From Octopus vulgaris (Eukaryota): a stretch of 64,000 nucleotides of DNA. The position numbers and the translations under genes were made by a program. The DNA lies in the NCBI GenBank assembly GCA_951406725.2, contig OX597818.1, positions 135,966,001 to 136,030,000 on the forward strand, read 5' to 3'. The notes under the pieces are model-generated. The model was not told where the DNA came from. It ran no database searches and saw only the letters and a list, made by a program, of their open reading frames with translations. Shown here piece by piece: positions 1 through 13,401 of the stretch (position 1 is the first letter of the stretch; every line of letters starts with the position of its first letter).

Positions 1-264
1 AATATAAAAAATTAAAAGTTACAATAAATATTGTTTATAAATTGAAGAAAATAAATGAAGAATCTTGTATGAAACAATAAGAGAGTGGAGTGAAGAAATT
101 TGGACCAAACTGAGAAAATAAATATCTGACAAAGAATAGGCATGAAATAGGATCATTAACAGATTTAATAAATATAATGATAATTTTTTACATTAGGTAA
201 AAGCCCAGTTTGTTTGAAAGATGAAAATAGTGAAATATTTTCTGATATATATCTTATCAAGCTA

Positions 265-642
265 TGGAAGCACTCCGTCGGTTACGACGACGAGGGTTCC
301 GGTTGATCCGAATCAACGGAACAGCCTGCTCGTGAAATTAACGTGTAAGTGGCTGAGCACTCCACAGACACGTGTACCCTTAACGTAGTTCTCAGGGATA
401 TTCAGTGTGACACAGAGAGTGACAAGGCCGGCCCTTTGAAATACAGGTACAATAGAAACAGGAAGTAAGAGAAAGTTGTGGTGAAAGAGTACAGCAGGGA
501 TCACCACCATCCCCTGCTGGAGCCTCATGGAGCTTTAGGTGTTTTCGCTCAATAAACACTCACAACGCCCGGTCTGGGAATCGAAACCGCGATCCTATGA
601 CCTCGAGTCCACTGCTTTAACCACTGGGCCATTGCGCCTCCA
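265..642 (-). mobile_element. tRNA-derived SINE family A (~380 bp), full-length
   Basis: Minus strand begins GGAGGCGCAATGGCCCAGTGGTT (A box) and has GGTTTCGATTCCC (B box). Near-identical to copies at 33516, 42128 and 47142. Flanked by direct repeat TATCAAGCTAT. Resembles the octopus tRNA-Arg-related OR-type SINEs (recalled, unverified). Confidence 0.92.
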
Positions 643-2268
643 CTATCAAGCTATAAAGATTGAAAGACTAAGGTGAACTTGATGGAGGGTTCAACACCAA
701 AATAAGAGACTTTTAATTATTTGGTAGTTTTACAAATACAGATTTCTGATATCAGCACGAGACAAAATAATTCTAGAAGAAGATTATAATTAATTGAATT
801 GACCCTGGTACATGCCTGGTACTTATTTTCTGGTGGGATGGATGAGAAAGTCATTCTTAGTAAAACTAAATACTGTAAGGCCATCACAACAATTCTCCTT
901 AGTATAATATACAAATACAAATAGCATACAATTTCAATACATACAATAATACAATACAAGATATTATTTAAAATTATTTTCTAGTATACAAAAGGAAGAA
1001 TAATGGAAATATTCTTCTGCTAAGTCATTCTAAATTTACAATGGTTCTATTTCAGTTTTAGGACCTTTCACTTAAATATTTCAAAATTATTATAAGTTCT
1101 AAAGAATGCCCAATCATTTACATTTGATATGGAAAATCTTAAACAGAAAAATAAACCTTTTGTAAAAAAATACAAACAAAAATTGCATATTCTGATGTAG
1201 ACATTTTGTTATCATTGAACAAAAAACCCCCAAAAACCCTTAAATATACACAAACTCTTGCTCTATTTGGAGAATAAGTAAAAGGTACTTATTGGGAAAG
1301 ATATCTGTGATAGACTTGTCTCTTATACAGGAAGATATTGTCCCAACCCTCTGAGTTTTAGTAGTTTCAAGGTAATGAGAGGGTCTCTATACAATCACTA
1401 AGTTGGAGTCTGAAGAATAATGACTTCAGCAGTCTATGATAGAATTAAATATTTTTACTACTGAAGAGCATTGTACCATTTCAGTTATAGAATAAGGATC
1501 TGAGCAGTCCAGGTGGAATTTGGAAATAACATTTACTGGCAAAGAGACCAAAAGAAAACTCATAAAAAATTACTGGAACTGGAGAAATATTAAGATCGAA
1601 ACTGATAACATAAACCTTCTTTGACAGAATGCAATTTGGAAATTTGCCTTTATTTTCTGAATTGTGCAGGTTTGATATAGTATATCATCAATTGTACATA
1701 TATAATTATTTGTACATATCTAGTCAATACATAAAAACACATTTTTTATAAAACTTATCACAGTTCTTCTAGATTTATATGGTTCTTTTGTATAAAACAT
1801 ATTTTTACTAGAATTCAAAGTTTTGCCTGACACCTATTCAGCTAGAAGTTGTCAGGTGAAACTTAAAGTCTCAGTCAAAATGAATTTTATATTAAATTTG
1901 GATCTATTTTCAGTATTGAATCTCACCATCAATAAATGTTCTGTTGTTATTCTTAAATTTATTTTACTAATAACCTTAAATTAACATTACAGTTCTTAAG
2001 TATTAAGACCAATTTTTCATGTTTAAAACAACAGTTGTTTATATGAATAATGTATCTTAAGCATTTTAAGAAGATGCACATGGATAAGTTTTAAATATCT
2101 ATTCTACATCAGAGAGTAAATTATTCCAAAATACAAAACATTATCTGAAGATAGTCAACAGCAGTTGAATGTATTTTAATTCTTAGTACAAGTGATATTC
2201 ACCACTGTCACTAATCCTGAATGGCATTCAAATAGCATTGTTGTTTGGGGGCCAAAAATGAGAATTAA

Positions 2269-2487
2269 CCCCTTAGTGTTCAGGTTATTCAATCAAACAT
2301 AATGCTTATTGATTCCCATTGATTTTAATAAATCCTGCATTATCTCATATCTTCAAGATCTTGATGGTGTAATTACTTAATATAGAATAACATTGTAGGG
2401 TAGGTGTGAGAGCCTGGATCTGGTCAGTTTGAACATAAAACAGATTAACTATTTTGGCCGGATATGGCCGGTTTAAATACTAAAGGG
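2269..2487 (+). mobile_element. piggyBac-type MITE (~219 bp)
   Basis: Termini CCCCTTAGT...ACTAAAGGG, TTAA on both sides, no ORF; five more copies in the window. Confidence 0.9.
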
Positions 2488-3356
2488 TTAAGCATTCTTC
2501 TGTGTGAGAAACAAAGCTTAGTTTTATTTTAGAAAGAACTGCCAAAAGATTTCCTGTTTGCATCATATGTGCTTATTTTTGTGTGTTTTATTGAATGAAT
2601 TTCTTCAGATTTTTCTTCTTTTAATTGTTGAGCACAATGACCGTTAAGTGCTGATGTAGAATTTGATGATATCAATATTCTATTTATCATTATTTATCTA
2701 CTCATGATTTAATTAGAGAAAGAGAACTTGGTCTTGGATAAAATATTTACAGTGATATTTCAGTGTCATCTATAAACACCACCTAAGTGATAATGAGATT
2801 AACTAATTTTGAGCTGGAGGGAAGTTATATTGTTGATATTACAGCCATGCTTTCAGGAGTGAATGGTAAGGATTAAACCTGCCCACCTAAAAAAAACCCC
2901 AAAAACCAAAAAAACCCTCTATTTTAAATGTAGAGTCTTTGCATATTGGTGTGTTTATGAAGAGTGTAATTATTTTAGTAAAAATATAAATGAGCTTAAA
3001 ATAACAAAAGAAATATTTAATTCCTTTTTATTTCCCTCCATTAGTAACATAATATACTAATGTTTGTGACAATTGTGAAATTAGCAACAATGATTGAGAT
3101 TAAGTGTTAGAAATAGAAGAGTATTGGATTAAATGGCAATGTTTAGTCTTGTTCCTCTCTGTCCTAAGTGCAAGTTTTGCAGGGATTGACCTTGCTTTTC
3201 ACTTTTTTTTCAAAACATTAAAATAAACGAGAGAACTGATTTAATCAATTTCCTTAGTACAAATTGTGACGTTAGGTTTTTGGAGTTACTTTGACTTTAT
3301 GAACATATAGGGTTACTGAATTTACTGACCGACAAATAAACTCTGTTGAAGATATT

Positions 3357-3970
3357 CTTTTCTACTCTAGGCACAAGGCCTGAAATTTTTGGGGAGGGGG
3401 GGCAGTCAATTAGATCAACTCCAGTATGCAACTGGTACTTAAGTGGCGAGCTGGCAGAAACGTTAGCACGCCGGGCGAAATGCTTAGCGGTATTTCGTCT
3501 GCGTTACGTTGTGAGTTCAAATTCTGCCGAGGTCAACTTTGCCTTTCATCCTTTCGGGGTCGATAAATTAAGTACCAGTTACGCACTGGGGTCGATGTAA
3601 TCTACTTAATACCTATGTCTGTCCTTGTTTGTCCGCTCTGTGTTTAGCCCCTTGTGGGTAATAAAGAAATAGGTATTTCGTCTGCCGTTACGTTGTGAGT
3701 TCAAATTCCGCCGAGGTCGACTTTGCCTTTCATCCTTTCCGGGTCGATAAATTAAGTACCAGTTACGCACTGGGGTCGATGTAATCGACTTAATACCTAT
3801 GTCTGTCCTTGTTTGTCCGCTCTGTGTTTAGCCCCTTGTGGGTAATAAAGAAATAGGTACTTAATTTATCGACCCCAAAAGGACGAAAGGCAAAGTTGAC
3901 CTCGTACAGACAGGCGAAATACCGCTAAGCATTTTGCCCAGTGTGCTAACGTTTCTGCAAGCTCACTGTC
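3357..3970 (-). mobile_element. SINE family B variant (alternative tail), split by a nested insertion
   Basis: The two halves (3357-3442 and 3856-3970) join into the element seen intact at 17029-17243. TSD TTGAAGATATT at 3346-3356 and 3971-3981. Confidence 0.85.
3443..3855 (+). mobile_element. Head-to-tail dimer of SINE family B nested in an antisense B element
   Basis: Full monomer 3443-3673, then a 5'-truncated monomer from GGTATTTCG at 3672. TSD GGTACTTAA at 3434-3442 and 3856-3864. Confidence 0.9.
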
Positions 3971-4298
3971 TTGAAGATATTGAAGTATATGAAAGATTGC
4001 AGGAAGCTAAGCTTAATGAAGGACATGGTACAGAGGCATGACGAGTGATAGCACTTGGGGTTGTAGATGACTCATCTACAAGTACAAATATGGTCAAATG
4101 ATCATCAAAATGGTGGTGATGCTGGTTGGGATGTGTAGCTATATTGGGTATGCTGCCCATTTTATTTTCCTGTTTCTATCTCTATCTATTGCGATTTTTG
4201 CAACCATCTCACCTAATCATGGTAGGTGTTGAAGAATTGCATTTAGTTTGCATCTGTCCCCTATCACTACTTCACATATGACTTGTTATTGACATTTA

Positions 4299-4532
4299 CC
4301 TATTTCTTTATTACCCACAAGGGGCTAAACACAGAGGGGACAAACAAGGACAGACATAGGTATTGAGTCGATTACATCGACCCCAGTGCGAAACTGGTAC
4401 TTAATTTACCGACCCCGAGAGGATGAAAGGTAAAGTCGACCTCGGCGGAATTTGAACTCACAACGTAACGGCAGACGAAATACTGCTAAACATTTCGCCC
4501 GGCGTGCTAACGTTTCTGCCAGCTCACCGCCT
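4299..4532 (-). mobile_element. SINE family B (~230 bp)
   Basis: Reverse complement of GGCGAGCTGGCAGAAACGTTAGC...GAGTTCAAATTCC...GTCGACTTTGCCTTTCATCCTTTCGGGGTCGATAAA...AAAGAAATAGG; TSD TTGTTATTGACATTTACC. Confidence 0.92.
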
Positions 4533-5988
4533 TATTGTTATTGACATTTACCATTCACCAATTTCCATCTCTGCTGCCACCCTCATTTGGTCTCTTTCAA
4601 CCATTCTTATTGGGAACCTATTGTGCTGCTCATGCTGTTATTCTAGTCACTCTCCTTACCATCAACCAACATGTCTCTCACATTACTCCTTCTCCTCTCC
4701 AACCATTCGGTTTCACCCCCACACTCTCTCTTCTGTTACCTTCATAGTCACCTTTATTCACTCTTTTGGTCAGGTTTACATTGAAAGTGTAAAGGTAACA
4801 CAAGAGCAGAGACGACTTTTTAGTAAGGAAACTGTCTCTCATTTTAGTGTTGGTGTCACAGTAAAACACACCCAGTATGCACTAAAGTGGCTGGTGATAA
4901 ATGTTGGATCCAGCCATAGAAACCATACAAGCATGGTTCTTGTTCCCCAACCCATTTAAGAGGGCAGTAACTTTGAATCAGAACTGAATTAGACAATGAC
5001 AATTTGTTCAGCTCAAGAAAACATTTTGATACTCTTTAACATCACTTTGTTTCTAATCCATGGTATTGTATAGCAGGAATCTTCAAACAGGATAAACGTT
5101 TAAGTCTGAACATATGCATATTTCCTATTGCTAACTGGAGAATTTTCACAGTATCTGCTTCATTCTTTAGAAGATTTTTTTATAAAATAATTCTTGCATT
5201 TCTAATTGCACTAATTATAGCAATGATTATGTTATCAAAGAGCTCTGTCAATCAGGTTTGACAGAGGCCTTTGATAACAAAGCAAAACGTATTTGCACCT
5301 GGAAGATTTCCCTTCAGGATACATAGTTGGGAAAAGTGGTTTTTGAGAAGCCCAACACTTGCCCACGTAACAAATCTCCTTTTTCCATGTCCTCAATGTT
5401 GTTCAAAAAAAATAGGCAAAGTGGGACAAAGCATGGGACTGGTGTCCTCTAGGCAAACTTAGAAAGCAGAGCAAGGACAGATACTCTAAAGCATTTCAAC
5501 CAATGCTCAACATTTCTGAAAATCCACCACACTCTACTAGTACTTTATTTTGTTATCCACAAAGTGATGGAAGGCAAATGAATATAAAGAGCAGAAACAT
5601 ACTCCGAAAACAAAAAAGGCAAACAAACAAAAGTAACCACATACACAGCATTTTGTTGAACATTGATGATTCAATCAATCTACCACCCCCAGGGATTATA
5701 TTTCATCTATTCTTCCCATATATATTGATCCGATTCACTAATATTTTAAGTTTCAAAAAAACTAAATAAACAAAGAACTAAAATTGACAGTTTCAAAATC
5801 AATAGTGAAGTGAAGAGTACAACAACGACAACAAACAAACAAAAAAGCTAAACGCACCATTTATGAACTTTGGGTTATAGATGTGTGTGTGTGTGTGTGT
5901 GTGTGCATGAGAGAGAGAGAGAGAGAAGAAATGAAGCAACTAAGAAACGAAGCAAATGAATGGATGGAGCAGAAACAGTTCATTCATT

Positions 5989-6218
5989 GCAGCGAGCTGG
6001 CAGATTCGTTAGCATGCCGGGCGAAATGCTTAGCGGTATTTCGTCTGCCGTTACGTTCTGAGTTCAAATTCCGCCGAGGTCGACTTTGCCTTTCATCCTT
6101 TCGGGGTCGATAAATTAAGGACCAGTTACGCACTGGGGTCGATGTAATCGACTTAATACCTATGTCTGTCCTTGTTTGTCTCCTCTGTGTTTAGCCCCTT
6201 GTGGGTAGTAAAGAAAGA
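5989..6218 (+). mobile_element. SINE family B
   Basis: tRNA-like A/B boxes and the same body as other B copies; 20-bp TSD AGAAACAGTTCATTCATTGC at 5971-5990 and 6219-6238. Confidence 0.92.
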
Positions 6219-6463
6219 AGAAACAGTTCATTCATTGCTGATTCATCTTTATATGTAAATTCTCTCACGATTACAATGAAAGAGAGTTAAATGTCATTGT
6301 ATACATTGTGCTTGTGATAGAGAAATGATAATTTATTACAAACCACTGAGTACAGCTCACACAAAACACTGACCAACGTACTTCCTACATGTTATTCACC
6401 TAAACAATGACATTTGAAAAATTACTCGTTCTCTTATCTTCTTATACTGAAGATTTTTCAAGT

Positions 6464-6681
6464 TACTCTCTCTTTTACTCTTTCACTTGTTTCAGTCATT
6501 TGACTGCGGCCATGCTGGAGCACTGCCTTTAGTCGAGCAACTCGACCCCGGGACTTATTCTTTTTGTAAGCCCAGTACTTATTCTATCGGTCTCTTTTTG
6601 CCGAACCGCTAAGTGACGGGGACGTAAACACACCAGCATCGGTTGTCAAGCAATGCTAGGGGGACAAACACAGACACACAA

Positions 6682-6730
<49 letters not shown>

Positions 6731-6887
6731 TACGACAGGCTTCTTTCAGTTTCTGTCTACCAAATCCACTCACAAGGCATTGGTCGGCCCGGGGCTATAG
6801 CAGAAGACACTTGCCCAAGGTGCCACGCAGTGGGACTGAACCCGGAACCATGTGGTTGGTTAGCAAGCTACTTACCACACAGCCACT
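6464..6887 (-). mobile_element. SINE family C (~420 bp; tRNA head, CORE-like motif, internal (TA)n/(TG)n)
   Basis: Matches copies at 31089, 37506 and 48229: GTGGCTGTGTGGTAAG A box, GGTTCAGTCCC B box, CTTGGGCAAGTGTCTT motif, GTAAAAGA-repeat tail. Confidence 0.92.
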
Positions 6888-7145
6888 ATATTTTGTAAAT
6901 TTTAATTCATCCTTATTATCATTTAATGGCCATCTTCCATCCTGGCATGGTTTGGGTAGTTTGACAGGATTCGATGAGATGGAGGAAGGCATTGAGCTCC
7001 AATGTTTGCTCTGGCATGGTTTATATGGCTGAATGTCCATCCTCACCAACCAGTTTATAGGGTGTACTGGGTGCTTTTGTTCATGACACGGGCACAAAGG
7101 AGATGTTCAAGAATGGGGTTCTTGTAGAAAGAGAAGTGGCTTTAA

Positions 7146-7364
7146 CCCTTTAGTGTTCTGATTATTCTATCAAACATAATGCCTATTGATTCCCATTGAT
7201 TTGAATTAATCATGCATTATCTCATATCTTCAAGATCTTGATGGTGTAATTACTTAATGTAGAATAAAATTGTAGGGTAGGTGTGAGAGCCTGGATCTGG
7301 TCAGTTTGAACATAAAACAGATTAAATATTTTGGCCGGATATGGCCGGTTTAAATACTAAAGGG
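7146..7364 (+). mobile_element. piggyBac-type MITE
   Basis: TTAA-CCCTTTAGT...ACTAAAGGG-TTAA; near-identical to 2269 and 30639. Confidence 0.92.
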
Positions 7365-8699
7365 TTAAGCTAGGTGACAAGGGGCTAAAGTAGGATACAA
7401 GGATAGGCACTGGCATTTTGTTATAGAGGAGGTAGATGGCTAATCATTAGTATAAAAGGGTAGGTGGGAGTATCGGGAAAGAAAATGGAAGTGATGAGGT
7501 GTCAGAGCATAGTCTCAAGGTACAAGAAGGTGAGCATGAGAGAGAATATGGACAGAAGATCAGGAAGGGTTGGTGGATAATTCATAAGAGTGTGAGGAGA
7601 GTTTCAGATGCTTAAAAATTGGGGTAGAGGTGAAAGAAACTGGTGTGTTAGAAGAGAGGGGGTGATAAGTGGAAGCACAGGAAACATGGAGAGTAGCAGT
7701 ATGATAAACATGTAGACAGATCACAAAATTGAAGATGATGAGTGAGGTGGGAGAGTGAGGGGGGAGTAAAAGAGACAGGGATACACTGTCACAGAAACAG
7801 ATGTCAGATGTAGGTAAAGGTGAATATAGTGAGCAGGGGACAAAGTTGGGTTGGGGAGGCCACCGATGGCAGATATGAAAGGGTGTTAATAATGATACTA
7901 GAAATGAGAGGATGTTAACAATGTATAGTAGACCCGAGATGTAGCTCAGAGAAGAGGGATAGATAACTGGAGGCACAGAAAGATGTGGTTGGTGAAAAAA
8001 TCCTCTTTAAATGAAAGTTGCTTTCTGTACATTAGTTATTGGACACCAGAGAAAAATCAGAAGATCAGACATTTGAGTTGAGTTTGAACACACAAAAAAA
8101 TCTGCTTAAGAAAAGATGTCTTGTCTGCTTATAATCTTTAATCTAAAATGCTTGCTGGAAATGGAAAGAGAAACAATTTAAGAGAGAAGCTGCTAGATAC
8201 AGTAACTAATGAATAAATGAATGACCTTTAATACATTATTAAGAGTACAAGAAAAAGTCAATCGAATTAATTTCATTATCATAATCATCATCAGCAACAG
8301 TCTAATTTTGTATTATGGCATAAGTTGTATTGATCCGAAGGAAAGCTTTCGCCCACCTATATAGGTCATATTTCTTCCTTAATATGTAATACAGTATTTA
8401 GATGAATCATAACTACTTTCTTTCAAGTTATTCTTCATTCATCCTTACTGCAGCCGTAGCTGCTGAAACCTCTCACTTCACAAGCCTTCACTTCCACTTT
8501 ATGTAGTTGATTCTCATTCAGTTCTTTGGGAGAAGTTTTCATTCCTTCTGTAGCCAGGCAAAACACCAAACTACTGCAGTAAAGATCATATGTTTTATGT
8601 TAGACAGAGAAAGATGATCCATTGATTATCAGTTTTATTATTGCTCTACACACGATTTTCAACTGTTGGCCTTACTATCACATTCACCTGCTCTGGTGC

Positions 8700-8900
8700 A
8701 TATGGTTTAGTGCCAGGGTAGCTTTGCTTGAGTAGACCAATGACTAAAGGAGTTCCATGCATGGACATCCTGTCTTTTTATACGTCCAACAAAACTATCC
8801 AAAGTATTCTTCATTTTTAAGATAGTAAGGTGTGCTTTGTTGGAAATTTGGCTGCTATTTCTATTAGGTCAAATGGTTAAGTAGAGGCTTCTTTGTTAAC
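8700..8900. repeat. Old dispersed repeat family H (motif ATTTGGCTGCTATTTCTAGCAGG)
   Basis: Diverged relatives near 21130-21510, 30240-30410, 32200-32500, 38690-38850, 44780-44880, 54940-55080, 56620-56760 and 63235-63380. Class not determined; boundaries approximate. Confidence 0.6.
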
Positions 8901-8959
8901 TTGCCTCTGGCACTTTTTAGATTAAGCCATCTAAGAGGACTTAATAACTGAAACACACC

Positions 8960-10050
8960 ATTACACCAAGTGGTATCTTCAATGATGCTTCATATAGGCA
9001 ATTCAAGCAGCCACTGAAATCTAAGAAGCTGTTCACTGATGGCTGTTCTCTCAACACAACAAATGGATTAGTTCTCAAGAGACCATGACAATTTGGTATC
9101 GCAATAAGCATAAAGAAAATGAAAATGATGTACCAGTCTGCTCCCAGAATTTCCTATAGAGAACTCAAGGTCACTATAAATGGGCAAAACCTATAGGCAG
9201 CACATTTTCTGCAGTGAATTTTGATGAAAAGGTCAACTGCAGGATTTCCAACTACAACAATGACTTCTGCAGACTGTAGTGTAGGAGTGAAGAAGAATCC
9301 TCCTCCTTCCAAAACTGAAATTCTAATACACCTTTCTGTTTGCTAAGCAGTTAATAGGAGACATGTGAGACATCTCCACCATGCTTTATGCGGAGTCTTC
9401 ACAGCATTCTGTACATTCACCACATCTCTTTACTCTTTTACTTGTTTCAGTCATTTGACTGCGGCCATGCTGGAGCACCGCCTTTAGTCGAGCAAATTGA
9501 CCCCGTGACTTATTCTTTGTAAGCCCAGTACTTATTCTATCGGTCTCTTTTACTGAACTGCTAAGTGACGGGGACGTAAACACACCAGCATCGGTTGTCA
9601 AGCAATGCTAGGGGGACAAACACAGACACACAAACACACACACACATACATATATATATACGACAGGCTTCTTTCAGTTTCCGTCTACCAAATCCACTCA
9701 CAAGGCATTGGTCGACCCGGGGCTATAGCAGAAGACACTTGCCCAAGATGCCACGCAGTGGGACTGAACCGGGAACCATGTGGTTGGTTAGCAAGCTACT
9801 TACCACACAGCCACTGGTCAGGTAATATAAGTTGAACATATTAGTAACATGCCACACCAAAACATCCCAAAGGATATTGTTAGGAGGCAAAATAAAGGAT
9901 CCAAGGATTATTCAAAAGCATCTCTAAAGCATTCAATATAGTGGTTGACTTCTGAGATCTGCTGGCCTGGTGTCTACACGCTTGAAAACAAAAGAACAGC
10001 TGTGGCTGAGAGGAAACACTGACTATGCAAAGTTATAGCTGCTGTTACTC
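8960..10050 (+). pseudogene. Degenerate RTE-clade LINE reverse transcriptase/C-terminal region, interrupted by a SINE C
   Basis: Hand translation across frameshifts gives KLFTDGCSLN, FGIAISIKKMKMMYQSAP...VTINGQNL, GSTFSAVNFDEKVNCRIS and LENKRTAVAERKH. These match RTE-BovB-like motifs (LFADDCAL, FGLTISTKKTEVMYQP, GSTLS...DxEVNxRI). Contains stops and frameshifts. Confidence 0.8.
9425..9815 (-). mobile_element. SINE family C
   Basis: Near-identical to other C copies; inserted in the RTE relic. Confidence 0.92.
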
Positions 10051-10624
10051 AAAGTGCTGCACTTTTTTGTATGTCCCCCTATAAGTAGGAGAGGATTCTA
10101 AGATATTAAAGGTATAAATCATAAGTAACAAGAAGCAATTCTTCTCCTCTCAAGAACAATAAGCCGAATTATTTCATATTCTTAGAACAAGTATATTTAG
10201 AAACATTTTAAAATAATTCAATATTCTGCTTATTTTGCATTAGAAAACAATTCCTAAATAAAAATTTTTAAAAATATCTTTAATACATTTTATAACATTA
10301 CACACACACATACACACATCATATGGAAGGGATTATTATCCAAGCTGTGTCCCCATGAAATACATCTGCAGATTCAAGCTATTAGTTGTATGTATGCAAA
10401 TGTTTATTTTGGTCAAGTAATATTATTTGCAAAGTAAGTATGCATTAAAAGACTGTGATTTACGGTATTATGTTTCATTACAAAATGGGAACAATATTTT
10501 ATGAACATAGATATATATTAATAATAATATAAATGTAATGAATTCATAATAATATATACACAACTTTAAACTTAGTCTCAAAATAATAATATATTACTAT
10601 TAATTAATATTAATATCTATGGTC

Positions 10625-10918
10625 GCCAGCGCCGGGCCGATGCCAGCGCCGCCTTGGCTGGCTTCCGTGCCGGTGGCACGTTAAAAGCACCAACTGATCG
10701 TGGCCAATGCCAGACCCCCCTGGCACCTGTGCAGGTGGCACGTAAAAAGCACCCACTACACTCGCGGAGTGGTTGGCGTTAGGAAGGGCATCCAGCTGTA
10801 GAAACATTGCCAGATCAGACTGGAGCCTGGTGCAGCCCTGGCTTCCCAGACACCGGTTGAACCGTCCAACCCATGCTAGCATGCAGAACGGACGTTAAGC
10901 GATGATGATGATGATGAT
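10625..10918 (+). mobile_element. Family D retroposon ((GAT)n tail, 5' tandem units)
   Basis: GGTGGCACGTAAAAAGCACC units, then GGTTGGCGTTAGGAAGGGCATCCAGCTGTAGAAAC...CATGCTAGCATG...GGACGTTAA(GAT)n; seven well-preserved copies in the window. Confidence 0.88.
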
Positions 10919-11189
10919 AAAATGTATAAGTTGTAAAGAAACATTTGTAACTGCAGTTTTAAAATAATACCATAAATTCTAGTTTTCCATTAGTATTAGT
11001 GCAGACATGTAAATAATTTATTTATTATTAAATATGATAATGTAAGTTATTTATATGTTTTTTGATTTATGAAGCAAATTTGTCAATTTGTCATGATATT
11101 TGGATGTTTTATCAAAAATTCATCTAAATATTTCTCAGTCGTTTATGACCATATATATATATATATATGTATACACACACATACACACA

Positions 11190-11330
11190 GAGGTGTAACT
11201 CTGTAATTAAGAAGCATGCTTCCCAGCCATGTGGTCTCAAGTTCCATACCACTACATGGCACCTTGGGCAAGTGTCTTCTACTATAGCCTCGGGCTGACC
11301 AAAGCCTTGTGAGTTTATTTGGTAACTTGT
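11190..11330 (+). mobile_element. Diverged 5' part of SINE family C
   Basis: CCTTGGGCAAGTGTCTTCTACTATAGCCTCGGGCTGACCAAAGCCTTGTGAGT matches the C body. Confidence 0.75.
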
Positions 11331-11429
11331 ACATATGTACGTACGTACATACATACACACATACGTACATACATACACACATACATACAAGCAAAATCAT
11401 CCTCTTCAAAACATTCAACATGTCTGGAT

Positions 11430-12480
11430 AGTTCAGTCATTCAACGCTGGCATATAGACATAAAGGGCATTGTTCAGTTTATCAGCTCTTTTTGAGCTGG
11501 GGCTATGTACTTGATGCCTTCCTGTTTGACATGTTTTTCAGTCACACTGATGCATACTTTTTGAACTACTTTGATATCAGACCAGATAGGAGGCTACTCA
11601 GTTTGTCTTGGCTGAGGGCTAAAAACAAAAGTACATACAGTTCTTCTCAATGACATGTTGCTTGCAGATTATGTGGCACAGGTAAGACACTCTGAAGAGC
11701 AATTACAATGCTTTATGTACAGCTTTACAAGACTCTGTCAGGAATTCAACATGGTAATCAGCCTAAAGAAGACTTTTTCATAGACAATAACATTTACAAG
11801 CTGGTGAATGTCTGTTCACATTTTCTTATGCTCTGAGATCAACAGATGGATCAAATCAGGTTGATGAAGATAATATGGCAAGCTGATGATACTAACTAAG
11901 ATTGCATTCTATAAATGTGTCCTCAGTATATTACTTTATGATAACAAGTCCGAGAACCTTTACTCTGAACAATAATAGCATCTTAATGCTTTGCATCTTC
12001 ATAGCCTGAGATGCATTCTAGACATAAATTAGACTGACCGAAACACCATCAATGAGTTCTTGGCCCATGTCTAGATACTCAGCTTCTTCAATCAGTGCCA
12101 ACAATGATGTCTCTGCTGACTGAACAATGAACACATGTCAGATGGGAGGATTTTGAAAAACCTGCTCTTTAGGGAGTTGGCCTCTAGCAAAACAGCACAA
12201 GGGTAATCTCATCTTCTTTCTTTTAAATCAAAGATGTCCAGGCTAATAAATGTAAATATCAAGAGATGGGAAGAAGTTGTAAATGATTGCCTTCATTAGA
12301 GGCTAGAACTTGGAGTGGGGTTCTAAAAAGAAAAGAGAAACTGAGGCTTGCTGTTAAAGAAAAGTACATATACAAAAAAAAAAAAAGATAAAAGCACAAC
12401 CCTTAGAAAATATCCAAAAATTGTGTCTTTAATGTAAGTTACTGCAGCTGAGGCTGTCATTCATGTGTGGATCTCTAAAT
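11430..12480 (+). pseudogene. Degenerate RTE-clade LINE RT and C-terminal region
   Basis: Hand translation gives RPDRRLLSLSWLRAK, DMLLADYVAQVRHSEEQLQCFMYSFTRLCQEFNMVISLKKT (decayed LFADD motif), KCVLSILLY...HLHSLRCIL and MSDGRILKNLLFRELASSK, with a decayed zinc-finger-like end. Multiple stops. Confidence 0.85.
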
Positions 12481-12989
12481 CCAAAAATGTATCTTACCCA
12501 ACTCCACATAAAGAAAAATCTGATAATTCAATGTATGAAGACAGAGTATCTAGTTCCTCTCTTGAAAACACGGAAGAGTTTGCATCAGGGTATCCAGTAG
12601 TAGAATACTGACTCAATCAGTTTTGATGAATCCAGCAGATGATGATGATGACACACACACACACACACAATACAAACTACTCAGTATTTTAGCTCAAGCA
12701 TACAATTACAAAAATCAATTGAAGTAGGGCACAGACATATGAGTAATGTGTGTGTATCTTATGTTATTTTATATCAGTGTTGTATATAATTATCATCAGT
12801 ACGAAAATCAAAACAATGGTGCTTTGCAAACAAGGGCTCTTGATCAAGTGAGACACTCCTTGTCACTCACAGCATCACAACTGCAGTAATTAGCATGGGG
12901 GAGTTGTAAAGTATGAAGCTATTGTTCACAAATTGTGATATAAGATGAATAAAATATATATTTAGGAACAAGTTTGTTAAGACAATCAT

Positions 12990-13310
12990 CTCTGTATAAA
13001 CCACCTCACAGGATCGGAATTACTGGAAATTTTGGACCTTTTGCGAAAAAGATTTCCCATATTGTGTGGAAATTTATAGTGATGAGGATTTATAGTCATG
13101 CCTAACACGAATGGTCAAGAGATGAATAAATTAAAAAGGCCTCTGAGATATTTAGAGAAATAGGCTTAAGAATTACAGTTGATACTGACTTTAGCATAGT
13201 TAAATTTTTGTGGATATTACTTTATATTTAGAAAAAAATATCTATACATAGCAAAAAACTAATAAAAAACTATTTTATATATATAAGGATTACAACCTAA
13301 TCCACAAAGA
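12990..13310 (+). pseudogene. Penelope-like element reverse transcriptase relic
   Basis: Hand translation IYSDEDL, PNTNGQEMNKLK, EIFREIGLRITVDTDFSIVKF(L)DITL resembles the PLE RT block GLYRDDGL...IFKxxGLxITI...VNFLDVT. Frameshifted. Confidence 0.7.
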
Positions 13311-13332
13311 AACCTAGTCTCCCAAACTTGTT

Positions 13333-13378
<46 letters not shown>

Positions 13379-13401
13379 GTATATATATATGTATATATAT
13401 A

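Noticed and set aside
8261-8298. CTGATGA...GAAA on the minus strand
   Set aside because: Arises from an ATC-rich low-complexity patch; stem I is mostly G-U and stem II is A-U only and offset. Likely chance.
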